From the NCBI RefSeq assembly GCF_000018465.1, contig NC_010085.1, forward strand, positions 690,001 through 722,000: DNA of 32,000 bases, written 5' to 3'. Below are positions 8,677-17,081 of this stretch, piece by piece (the stretch's first letter is position 1; each line of letters opens with the position of its first letter). The notes below the pieces were generated by a model. The model saw nothing but the letters and a program-made list of their open reading frames with translations, searched no databases and was not told the DNA's origin. Source of the DNA: Nitrosopumilus maritimus SCM1. GTDB taxonomy: Archaea > Thermoproteota > Nitrososphaeria > Nitrososphaerales > Nitrosopumilaceae. Made by a program: the position numbers and the translations under genes.

Positions 8677-10138
8677 ACCTCAGCATACTCTTGATGACAA
8701 GCCAAAAGAAAATTGTGGTGTTATTGGAATCTATAGTCTAAGTGGAGCTAATGTTATTCCCATGGCAATTGATGCCTTGCGTGCTTTACAACATCGTGGT
8801 CAAGAAGCATGGGGTCTTGCAATTCCAAACAAGCCTCCTCTCAAAAGATTAGGTCTTGTTTCAGCTGCATCATCTGAATTCAAATCAATCGCACAAGAAT
8901 ATTCTTCTCCTTGCGTAATTGGACATGTTCGATATTCTACTATGGGTAGAAGCTCACTAGAAAACGCACAGCCTCTAAAAGTAAAGGATCTTTGTGTCGC
9001 TCATAACGGAACAATTGCTAATGTTCAAGAACTCTCAAACTTGGTGGGTGGATGTTCATTTACTCCTCAAAATGCTAGTGACACTTTGGTTGCTGCTCAA
9101 AGACTTGTTTCATTAATTTCTGAAAATGGACAAATGGGAAAGGCATTGTCTGTTCTCAAAAACGAGATGGTTGGCTCGTATTGTTTTACATTTATCTCTG
9201 ATGATAATTCTGTTTTTGCTGCACGTGATCCTAAAGGATTTCGTCCAATGGTTCTAGGTCACAAAGAATCTGATGATACTTACATTGTTGCATCAGAATC
9301 ATCTGCAGTTTCTGCAGTGGGAGCTAAGATGCAACGCAATGTAACTCCTGGTGAACTTATCAGAATGAGCAAAGATGGTATTGACACTGAAATGTTTTCT
9401 GATGATCCTAAACGTGCGCACTGTTCTTTTGAATTTACTTACTTTGCTCACCCAACTAGCAACATGGAAGGCACCAACATCTATGTTGCAAGAAAAAACA
9501 TTGGCAGGTATCTTGCAAAAAAATTCCCAATTAAAGATGCTGATTTAGTTATTCCAGTACCTGATTCAGCAAGACCTGCAGCCTTGGGATATGCTCAAGA
9601 ACTTGGTGTATCTTTTGATGAAGGATTACTCAAAGACAGATACAGTAAGAAAGGACCACTGCGAAGTTTCATTGAACCTCACCAAACAGATAGAGTAGAA
9701 ATTAATCGTTGGATTATTCCAATCAGAGAAATTATTGATGGAAAACATGTTGTTGTAATTGATGATAGCCTAGTTAGAGGTACAAGTTCCAAGGCTATTA
9801 TCAAAGCACTAAGACGAGCTGGTGCAAGAAAAATTAGTATGGTGATTACTTATCCTCCAATCAAATTCCCATGTTATGCTGGAATTGATTTCCCTTCTCA
9901 AGAAGAACTTGCAACATTTTCTAATGGGAAAGACCTGAATGATGAAGAAACCATTGATATGGTAAGAAAGGACATTGGTGCTGACTTTTTGGGATACAAT
10001 GATGCTGAAAATCTTGCAGCCGCAGTTGGAATTCCTGCAGACTCTATGTGCTTCACATGTGCATCTGGAAATTATGATTCTCTTGGGATTACTCCTGAGT
10101 TTAAGAGTCGGGAAGAAATCAAAGGAGAAGCAAGTTAG
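8669..10138 (+). CDS. purF: amidophosphoribosyltransferase
   Basis: CGVIGIYSL propeptide/nucleophile Cys, ALQHRGQEAWGLA, PRTase motif VVVIDDSLVRGTTS-like, and GYAGIDFPSQEEL-type sequence. Confidence 0.97.
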   Translation: MDKPQHTLDDKPKENCGVIGIYSLSGANVIPMAIDALRALQHRGQEAWGLAIPNKPPLKRLGLVSAASSEFKSIAQEYSSPCVIGHVRYSTMGRSSLENAQPLKVKDLCVAHNGTIANVQELSNLVGGCSFTPQNASDTLVAAQRLVSLISENGQMGKALSVLKNEMVGSYCFTFISDDNSVFAARDPKGFRPMVLGHKESDDTYIVASESSAVSAVGAKMQRNVTPGELIRMSKDGIDTEMFSDDPKRAHCSFEFTYFAHPTSNMEGTNIYVARKNIGRYLAKKFPIKDADLVIPVPDSARPAALGYAQELGVSFDEGLLKDRYSKKGPLRSFIEPHQTDRVEINRWIIPIREIIDGKHVVVIDDSLVRGTSSKAIIKALRRAGARKISMVITYPPIKFPCYAGIDFPSQEELATFSNGKDLNDEETIDMVRKDIGADFLGYNDAENLAAAVGIPADSMCFTCASGNYDSLGITPEFKSREEIKGEAS

Positions 10139-10140
10139 TC

Positions 10141-10419
10141 ATGCAAGCAATTTGGAATGACACAGTAATTGCAGAAAGTGATGACACTGTTGTAGTTGAA
10201 GGTAATCATTACTTTCCCATTGATTCAATCAAAAAAGAATACTTTGAGAAAACTGACATGACTAGTTTTTGTGGTTGGAAAGGAATGGCAAATTACTATT
10301 CTGTAACAGTAAATGGAAAAACAAACAAAGATTGTGCATGGTATTATGCAGAACCAAATGATGCTGCTATGAAAATCAAAGACATGGTTGCATTTTGGAA
10401 TGGCGTTGAAGTAAAGTAA
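10141..10419 (+). CDS. DUF427-family protein
   Basis: 92 aa; VEGNHYFPIDSIKKEYFEKT..CGWKGMANYYSVTVNGKTNKDCAWYYAEP matches the DUF427 pattern. Confidence 0.85.
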   Translation: MQAIWNDTVIAESDDTVVVEGNHYFPIDSIKKEYFEKTDMTSFCGWKGMANYYSVTVNGKTNKDCAWYYAEPNDAAMKIKDMVAFWNGVEVK

Positions 10420-10453
10420 CCCATTTAATTATTAGAAAAACTATAGGGATTTT

Positions 10454-10840
10454 GTGAAACAGTACACGGCATTGATTTGTATTGCTGTTGGGGTAATTGT
10501 GGTAATGGGAATATTTTTTGGTGCAGATTTTTTCAAATTTTCTGTTGCTACTCAAGACTATGAAATCTTTGTAGATCCTCTTTTGGATGAACAAGGAATG
10601 TTTACCATGGGCAGAGTTACAATTCAAAACATTGGTGCTAAACCAATAACAAACCTTCACATTAATTTTGGAGATGGTGATATTTTGGATATCCAAACTC
10701 TTAGTGTTGGACAAAAGATCATAGTTTCTCCCCCTCCTGAAAATTCAATGGAATTTGTGATGATTAGTGCTGATAATGACATATTTGTTAACAAGGCTTA
10801 CCGTGAAATGCCAAAAATGGTAGGTATGATGGGGTCTTAG
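10454..10840 (+). CDS. N-terminally membrane-anchored protein with beta-rich ectodomain
   Basis: GTG start; N-terminal TM (ALICIAVGVIVVMGIFFGADFF) followed by an Ig-like or FxLD-like extracellular region. Confidence 0.6.
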   Translation: MKQYTALICIAVGVIVVMGIFFGADFFKFSVATQDYEIFVDPLLDEQGMFTMGRVTIQNIGAKPITNLHINFGDGDILDIQTLSVGQKIIVSPPPENSMEFVMISADNDIFVNKAYREMPKMVGMMGS

Positions 10841-10873
10841 CAGTTAAATCCTCTAATGACTCAGTAATTTTAC

Positions 10874-11698
10874 TTGGAATTTCTAACTAGTGGAAAGGTA
10901 AAGGATCTTTATGATGTTGATGAATCTACCCTTCTCTTCAAATTCTCTGATCGTGTTTCTGCATATGATGTAAAATTCAAACAAGATATTCCTAGAAAAG
11001 GTGAAGTCTTGTGCAAATTTGCTGAATTTTGGTTCAATGAACTAGATGTTCCAAATCATTTCATAAAACGTGAATCTGAAAATGAAATTCTTGTCAAGAA
11101 AATGAAAATGCTTCCAATAGAATGTGTAGTTCGTGGCTATTTTTATGGCAGTTTAGTAAGCAGGTGGAAAAAGGGAGAAGTCCAAGTCCCTGAGGGAACC
11201 AACACTACTCTTGCAGCCCAACTCCCTGAACCAATTTTTGATCCTACCACGAAATCTGAGCATGACATTCCAATTGATAAAAACAAAGCAATTGAAATGA
11301 ATCTAGTTTCTGAAGAACAATACAATTGGTTAGAAAAAACCTCGATTGAAATTTACAAAAAAATGGCTAAGATTACTGATGATGTTGGTTTTATCTTGGC
11401 TGATTTGAAATTAGAGTTTGGAATTCTGGATGATCAAATAACTTTGGGTGACTCTATTGGCCCTGATGAGTATCGTCTGTGGCCAAAAGACTCCTTTGAA
11501 GTTGGTAAAATTCAAGAAGCATATGATAAACAACTTTTGCGTGACTGGTTGACTGCAAATGGATATCAAAAACAATTTGATGATGCACGTGATAATGGAC
11601 AAGAACCAATTCCACCTAACATTCCATCTGAAATTATTTCAAAAATGACAGAACGTTATGTTACTGCATATGAAAAAATTTCTGGTAAATCATTGTAA
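10874..11698 (+). CDS. purC: SAICAR synthase
   Basis: GKVKDLYDVDESTLLFKFSDRVSAYDV, PIECVVRGYFYGSL, GFILADLKLEFG. TTG start. Confidence 0.96.
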   Translation: MEFLTSGKVKDLYDVDESTLLFKFSDRVSAYDVKFKQDIPRKGEVLCKFAEFWFNELDVPNHFIKRESENEILVKKMKMLPIECVVRGYFYGSLVSRWKKGEVQVPEGTNTTLAAQLPEPIFDPTTKSEHDIPIDKNKAIEMNLVSEEQYNWLEKTSIEIYKKMAKITDDVGFILADLKLEFGILDDQITLGDSIGPDEYRLWPKDSFEVGKIQEAYDKQLLRDWLTANGYQKQFDDARDNGQEPIPPNIPSEIISKMTERYVTAYEKISGKSL

Positions 11699-12046
11699 AT
11701 GCATTTTTGTGTTCAATGTTGACTAATAGCTAACTTTCAACTCGAATTCTATTTTTAGAAATATCCAAAATCCCGTCCCAAAAACGTATTTCTGGACATA
11801 TCTTCCCTGATCATCGGTTTTTTGAGATTTTACAAAAAAAATCATACCATTATAAGAATTCTTTATCCAATACAATATCTATTGTAGTGGTCTAATTATT
11901 ATTGATTGCATTACAATAATTATCGTAGTAATAATGATAAATTTAGTACTATTATGATTTTTTTAAAAGTGAAAAAAAATTGATGCGATTAGACAAAAAA
12001 ATATGATACAAGGATCTTTTAGATCAGAAACAAACGTAATCTCAGT

Positions 12047-12550
12047 ATGTCTACGTTACTAGAAAAACAAATCAAAGTTAATCGTATTGTTACGACAAGT
12101 GTTGAACACGCTCGAGCAATTGAAGACCCTGCACGTGCAAAAATTGTTGAGATATTATATCGTCAAGCTCTCTCCGCTGAACAGATTACGACTGCATTAA
12201 AAAAATCTGGATTCAAAAAAGCATTAACCACAATCCGTCATCATTTAGAAATTCTAAAAGAATCAGGATTGATTGAAATTGTCAAAATTGAAGAATCTCG
12301 TGGTGCAATTACAAAATTTTACAGTACCTCTACAAAGTTACTTGATTTTGAAACCCCTGAAGATTTTGAATCAAAATATTCTAAAATCATAGACAATACA
12401 TCCACAAAAATTGAGAAAATTCTCAAAGGACTAACTCCGAAAACTGGAAAAACAAAAGGCAAAAAATCTGAAGAATATTCTCAGTATTTGGTTATGGAGA
12501 TAATGAACCGTGCCATGACAAATGTACTTGAAAATTCTGGCAAAAAATAA
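12047..12550 (+). CDS. ArsR-like winged-helix transcriptional regulator
   Basis: IEDPARAKIVEILYRQALSAEQITTAL...LTTIRHHLEILKESGLIEIVKIEESRGAITKFYS is a classic wHTH, with a Lys-rich tail. Confidence 0.85.
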   Translation: MSTLLEKQIKVNRIVTTSVEHARAIEDPARAKIVEILYRQALSAEQITTALKKSGFKKALTTIRHHLEILKESGLIEIVKIEESRGAITKFYSTSTKLLDFETPEDFESKYSKIIDNTSTKIEKILKGLTPKTGKTKGKKSEEYSQYLVMEIMNRAMTNVLENSGKK

Positions 12551-12587
12551 TCGTTACACCTAAGTATTTCTTACAAGAAATTCTTGC

Positions 12588-12908
12588 ATGGTTCGCGTAT
12601 TTTACAGCCAGAAAACTGAAGATCTCATAGAAAAGATGACTCTTACAAATTGGCGTCAACACGTTCAACAACAACTTGGTCAAGAACACCAAGACATGTC
12701 TGATAATTGGAAAATGTGTGCAATTGGTGAGAGAATCAAAATTGAAGGTAAAGATCTTGAATCAATAAAAGATCTTTCACCTGAAGCGATCCGACTTGGA
12801 TATGAGTTTTCAGTTGCAATGCAAGAAAAAGACAACGAAAAAGCATTAGAAATCATTACAAAAATTGAACAACTTCCAACAATATGGAGAAATGAAATTA
12901 ATGGATGA
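12588..12908 (+). CDS. hypothetical protein (106 aa)
   Basis: Complete ORF; its stop overlaps the probable start of the next gene (ATGGATGA), suggesting translational coupling. Confidence 0.6.
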   Translation: MVRVFYSQKTEDLIEKMTLTNWRQHVQQQLGQEHQDMSDNWKMCAIGERIKIEGKDLESIKDLSPEAIRLGYEFSVAMQEKDNEKALEIITKIEQLPTIWRNEING

Positions 12909-13305
12909 AAAAGCTGTAAAATTATTTTCTGAAAAAAATCTTGTATACATTGCAACTGTGATGAAAGATGGGTCTCCACAGGTTTCACCTGTTTGGGCAA
13001 ATTATGAAGACGGTTATGTTTTGGTAAATACTGCTGAAGGAAGAATAAAACACAAAAATGTTTTACGTGATCCTAGAGTTGCAGTTTCTGTTGTTTCAAA
13101 AAATAATCCTCTTGATATGACAACAATACGTGGTGTTGTTGAAGAATTGATTCCTGATTATGATTACAAACATGCAGACAAACTTACACAGCAATACATG
13201 GACCGTGAACATTATCCATTCAAACGTGATGATGAAAAAAGAATCATACTAAAAATAAAACCAAACAAAGTTTTTGTTTTGCCTGAATTAAAAATGTCAG
13301 ACTGA
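12901..13305 (+). CDS. pyridoxamine 5'-phosphate oxidase-like FMN-binding protein (F420/FMN split-barrel family)
   Basis: MDEKAVKLFSEKNLVYIATVMKDGSPQVSPVWANYEDGYVLVNTAEGRIKHKNVLRDPRVAVSV is a canonical split-barrel N-terminus. ATG at 12901 is preferred over the ORF-track start at 12865. Confidence 0.9.
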   Translation: MDEKAVKLFSEKNLVYIATVMKDGSPQVSPVWANYEDGYVLVNTAEGRIKHKNVLRDPRVAVSVVSKNNPLDMTTIRGVVEELIPDYDYKHADKLTQQYMDREHYPFKRDDEKRIILKIKPNKVFVLPELKMSD

Positions 13306-13381
13306 CAATTTAGAATATTTCAAAATTCGAATTTAGAAACATAATAAATTTAGAATGTAGAAAAAAGGTTGCCTAGACAGC

Positions 13382-13792
13382 TTAACGTCGACGTTTAGCT
13401 GCCTTTCTCTTTGGAGCGGCTCTACGTTTAGTAGCTGCCTTTCTCTTTGGAGCGGCTTTTCTTTTAGCTGCAGTTTTTCTCTTTGGAGCTGCCTTTCGTT
13501 TTGCGGCTTTTCTCTTTGGAGCTGCTTTTCTTTTAGCTGCAGTTTTTCTCTTTGGAGCGGCCTTACGTTTAGCTGCAGTTCTCCTTTTTGGAGCTGCTTT
13601 CTTAGCTGCAGTTCTCCTTTTTGGAGCTGCTTTCTTAGCTGCATTTCTTTTACGTGCTGCCTTTCTCTTACGAGATGCTGCTGCTTTTGCGGCTTCAGCT
13701 GCTTTCTTAGCTGCATTTCTCTTGCGAGTTCTTGCTGCTTTCTTAGCTGCTTCGGCTCTTTTGGCTCTAGACATTGCCATGATTTTTTTCAA
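13382..13792 (-). CDS. histone H1-like Lys/Ala-rich repetitive protein
   Basis: AKKAAPKRRTAAKKAAPKRRTAAKRKAAPKRKTAAKRK... tandem units of about 11-12 aa. The start may be a downstream ATG (MSRAK, about 13774). Confidence 0.8.
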   Translation of the reverse strand: MKKIMAMSRAKRAEAAKKAARTRKRNAAKKAAEAAKAAASRKRKAARKRNAAKKAAPKRRTAAKKAAPKRRTAAKRKAAPKRKTAAKRKAAPKRKAAKRKAAPKRKTAAKRKAAPKRKAATKRRAAPKRKAAKRRR

Positions 13793-13881
13793 AAATGATG
13801 TGTGTTATATGGTAAAAGTCACACAATATTATGTAAATAATAGAAAAACTTGACAATTATTTCTGGTTTTTATTTTTCCGA

Positions 13882-14370
13882 TCAACAATTTGTTATGCAA
13901 ATTAATGCAGTATCAACTGTTGACTGTTCTTTTTGTGGTCTGATAATTATTTTGTACATTTTTTCTTCATCAAATGGGATATCAAACTGAGTTGTTTTTT
14001 CTACTGGTTTGTTAGGTTCTAACCACTCTAACAGTAGATCTTTTGATGAAAATTCCCCATAAACTGCCTCATGTTTTTGTTCTTTTTCATCAACAATGTA
14101 AAATTGCCCTCCTGATAATAGTGTTCTTTCTTCATCTCCAATGTATTTTGCAGCAATTCCTATCATTACAAATGTGTTTTCTGGTTGTGTTTCTTTATCT
14201 CCCTCATGTGTACCTTCAAATGTTATCACATATTCAACTGGACCTACAGTAACTGTTTCTCCTGCATAAGTCTCAATAAAATTAGTCTGATATTGTGTGT
14301 ACATGAACATTGCAGCCCCCATTGAGACCAATATTCCTCCAATTACGATCACTACGCCTATTCCTGCCAC
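13882..14370 (-). CDS. DUF4352-like membrane-anchored extracellular protein
   Basis: N-terminal TM (GIGVVIVIGGILVSMGAAMFMYTQYQ), then an Ig-like region containing FVMIGIAAKYIGDEERTLLSGGQFYIVDEKEQKHE. Confidence 0.65.
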   Translation of the reverse strand: MAGIGVVIVIGGILVSMGAAMFMYTQYQTNFIETYAGETVTVGPVEYVITFEGTHEGDKETQPENTFVMIGIAAKYIGDEERTLLSGGQFYIVDEKEQKHEAVYGEFSSKDLLLEWLEPNKPVEKTTQFDIPFDEEKMYKIIIRPQKEQSTVDTALICITNC

Positions 14371-14430
14371 AAAAAGACGTGGTTTTTTTGATATATAGTT
14401 GCATACTTTTGCAAAGTCGGTAATTTTATG

Positions 14431-14451
14431 CCTAATTTTTGGTAAATTAGG
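14431..14451. repeat. perfect 8-bp hairpin, 5-nt loop
   Basis: CCTAATTT TTGGT AAATTAGG in the divergent intergenic region. Confidence 0.5.
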
Positions 14452-14519
14452 AATAAATAATGTAGTTCCCAGATCTGGGAACTAGAAAGGGTTAAATTCC
14501 CAAAAGTGGTAAATACATT

Positions 14520-15113
14520 ATGGATAAAACTGTAGTTTTGGGATCAATACTAGCAGTATTTGTAGTGTCTAGTTTGATGATGTCTCCTGCAGTAGCTGCC
14601 TCTATCCATGAATTTACGGCAATTGCATTGTCTTTTAGTGATGAATTCAAAGTCAGAATTACTGCAACTACTGAAATTCCACAAGATGGTACTGGTGTTT
14701 CATATGGTTATGGTGTTGTTACTGAAGAAAACTTCTTTGATACAATTTTGGTGACTGCTACACACGGTGGATTTTTGGAAAGTGCAGTACAAAATGGACC
14801 AGAAGATCCAAAATGGCATAGTCATTATGTGACTCTTACTGATGATGGTGATGTGAATAATGCATGTTCCGGTTTAGAAATTGCAGATATTTCATATCAT
14901 GCTCCTGGTGAGGTAAAAATTTACGGTGAAAATATTGTATTTGATGGTGTAAAAACACTAGACAGTGTTAATCCTATGACTGGAGAAAGTAATACTTTCG
15001 ATGGTGGTGAAAACATTGTTGCAATAATCTCATTTGACCTTACTCCTGTCTTTAATGATGGTGAACTCACAAACGTCTGTGTAGATGTTAATGGATTGTA
15101 TCCAATAAGATAA
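14520..15113 (+). CDS. secreted hypothetical protein
   Basis: Signal peptide-like N-terminus (MDKTVVLGSILAVFVVSSLMMSPAVAA); 197 aa. Confidence 0.7.
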   Translation: MDKTVVLGSILAVFVVSSLMMSPAVAASIHEFTAIALSFSDEFKVRITATTEIPQDGTGVSYGYGVVTEENFFDTILVTATHGGFLESAVQNGPEDPKWHSHYVTLTDDGDVNNACSGLEIADISYHAPGEVKIYGENIVFDGVKTLDSVNPMTGESNTFDGGENIVAIISFDLTPVFNDGELTNVCVDVNGLYPIR

Positions 15114-15618
15114 TCCTTTTTGATATTTTATCAAGTCTTAATTTTTCATTGTGATATTTTGTGGCATAAAATCCCCAATAATTTTGGGTTTTTTTCTGGA
15201 TTTTTTCAACAAAAAACAGGGGTTTAGCTTTCACGCCTAACAATAAAAGATCATACCTGTTTAGCTGGGACATCAGGGTGGTTTGAGGGTTGCATTTCAT
15301 ATCTAGGCACAAGTGTTCAACCCCCCCACAAAACGCCTGATTTTGAAAAAATGGTATTGTGCCTAATTGGGGTAAAATTAGAGGGGGGTTTAACGCCTAG
15401 GCATAATTCTATGAAATATGTGGTTTTAGGGATTTTTTCTAAACTCTTCAATTCTTCTAAAACTTGAATGAATATTTCCTATGAAAGAATACATTGTATG
15501 CCAAAATAGGGGGGTTTTTGGACAGAAATATTACCTAAAACCCTGGTTTATCTGAGAAATATGTTCTAAAAATTGGAAAAAGGGGACAATGCCCTTTTGA
15601 TGAAACAAGGTTCTAGAT

Positions 15619-15774
15619 TTACTGCTTTTCTAGTCTAATTGTAATTTTACCTTGTTTTGCAGTGTTTACTACTCTGAGGGCTCTATTCATTACCCCCATT
15701 CCAAATCTTGACAATTCTGTTGTAGAAATTGTAAGTTCTCTTGGTTTTGATTTTGATGTTTTTCTTTTCATGAT
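15619..15774 (-). CDS. small basic protein (51 aa)
   Basis: Hand-translated MKRKTSKSKPRELTISTTTELSRFGMGVMNRALRVVNTAKQGKITIRLEKQ*. Not in the ORF track. Confidence 0.45.
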   Translation of the reverse strand: MMKRKTSKSKPRELTISTTELSRFGMGVMNRALRVVNTAKQGKITIRLEKQ

Positions 15775-15831
15775 TAGAATAAGGTAATTTTTGATATAAG
15801 GCCCGCGTATAACTGATAAATCGTCTATACT

Positions 15832-16281
15832 CTAGAAAGTCTTCATCAAAAATCTTGCAGTTTTTTCATGCATTTCTGATACTCTGTCCATTGCATCAAA
15901 CAACTCTTGTTGATTGATATTCCCTTCCTTGTCTAGTACGACATAAACCCCTATCTTTCGCTTACCATCTTCGGTTGTATTTTTGTTGATAGCTTGAATA
16001 GTATAGCAATAATCTGCTACTTTTTTCTCAAATTTCGCTTTCTCATCTTCACTAAACCCCAAATATCTTGCAATCTGATTATTTTTCATATTTACTTTAG
16101 AACCGATTACCAAAACACCTTGTTGCGCCTTTGGTTCAAAAATTTCTACAGGTACCCCTGCTGGACCTGCGTGTTTTACTAGAATTTGAAAAGTATTTTC
16201 TGGATTTTTAATATCTTCAAATTTTAATCCTTCATGAATTAACCATCTTTCCACATTATCTCTCATTCTTGACGCGTTCAT
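15832..16281 (-). CDS. DUF2299-like conserved protein
   Basis: 149 aa; MNASRMRDNVERWLIHEGLKFEDIKNPENTFQILVKHAG resembles DUF2299. Family assigned from memory. Confidence 0.6.
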   Translation of the reverse strand: MNASRMRDNVERWLIHEGLKFEDIKNPENTFQILVKHAGPAGVPVEIFEPKAQQGVLVIGSKVNMKNNQIARYLGFSEDEKAKFEKKVADYCYTIQAINKNTTEDGKRKIGVYVVLDKEGNINQQELFDAMDRVSEMHEKTARFLMKTF

Positions 16282-16406
16282 TACAAATTATTCAAAGTGG
16301 TTCTATATGATTCTAAATCATTTGATCACAGTACTGAATTTATAATATTTCTAAACTCGAATTTTGAAACATTGTAAATCTTTACTTGTAAAACATGCAT
16401 TTTATG

Positions 16407-16634
16407 CTAAACATTTACTCTGAAACCAGGACCAAACTCAGGTATGAGTGATGCAATAATTGCATTGAAAACTAACCCTGCAACCATTAAAGCAAGTCCT
16501 ACATACAAACAATTTTTTGCTTTTTTTGGATCATCTTTACGTATGATGAAATATGCAACGATTCCTCCAAGTATTCCAAAAAAAATCGGCAACAAAAACC
16601 ATAGATTACTTCTAGGTCTTTCAGGATGGGACAT
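16407..16634 (-). CDS. small two-TM protein
   Basis: 75 aa with two hydrophobic helices separated by a basic loop. Confidence 0.65.
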   Translation of the reverse strand: MSHPERPRSNLWFLLPIFFGILGGIVAYFIIRKDDPKKAKNCLYVGLALMVAGLVFNAIIASLIPEFGPGFRVNV

Positions 16635-16644
16635 TTTCTTAAAA

Positions 16645-16893
16645 TTATTTTGCAGTAGCTGCTTTTTTCTGTAACTGTGTAATCTCTATTTCCACAGTTT
16701 CTAACGGATCTTCTACTTGATTTCGTTTAATTGAGAACATTTTTGGTTTCTCAAAGTCATCTGTACAATCTGGACATGCATAAACAAGTACTCTGTGTTC
16801 GTTTGGTGCTTTTGGGTTTGATAATCTTGGGTAATACACTAGTCTTGCGCTACAATCAACACAATATCTGTTGGCCCTTCTAGTTCTGACCAA
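16645..16893 (-). CDS. small zinc-ribbon-like protein
   Basis: YCVDCSARLVYY...VYACPDCTDDF: CxxC x(n) CxxC. Confidence 0.65.
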   Translation of the reverse strand: MVRTRRANRYCVDCSARLVYYPRLSNPKAPNEHRVLVYACPDCTDDFEKPKMFSIKRNQVEDPLETVEIEITQLQKKAATAK

Positions 16894-16980
16894 TGTAAAC
16901 CTCCTGCATTATTCTAAATATGCGATCATCTATTAGATCTATGTTGTCTAATAGTGTAAACCAATTACTGTCAACCGATC

Positions 16981-17010
16981 AATATTTCTAAATTCGAATT
17001 TAGAAATATT
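16981..17010. repeat. perfect 30-nt palindrome
   Basis: AATATTTCTAAATTCGAATTTAGAAATATT is identical to its reverse complement. Confidence 0.95.
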
Positions 17011-17081
17011 ATTTTTCTATACTTGTGGTTATGTTACTAGTGTCAAAATAAAATGTTTCAAAACTCGAGTTTAGAAATAAG

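Noticed and set aside
9975-10160. Plus-strand 61-aa ORF at the purF 3' end.
   Set aside because: Overlaps purF in another frame, with no independent support.
10376-10714. Minus-strand 112-aa ORF opposite the anchored protein gene.
   Set aside because: Antisense; the plus-strand gene has a convincing TM and start context.
11143-11602. Two minus-strand ORFs inside purC.
   Set aside because: Antisense to a confident PurC, low-quality sequence.
12492-13000. Minus-strand ORFs of 66 and 106 aa opposite the small unknown gene and the split-barrel gene.
   Set aside because: Antisense, with no domain signature; the plus strand has better coding evidence.
13333-13716. Minus-strand ORF (127 aa, MQLRKQLKPQKQQHL...) in another frame of the Lys/Ala-rich gene.
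   Set aside because: Alternative-frame reading of a low-complexity tandem repeat. The 13382..13792 frame has the plausible start and an H1-like composition.
15088-15312. Minus-strand 74-aa ORF in the intergenic region.
   Set aside because: Overlaps the end of 14520..15113, and its aromatic/lysine-rich composition looks like translated AT-rich non-coding DNA.
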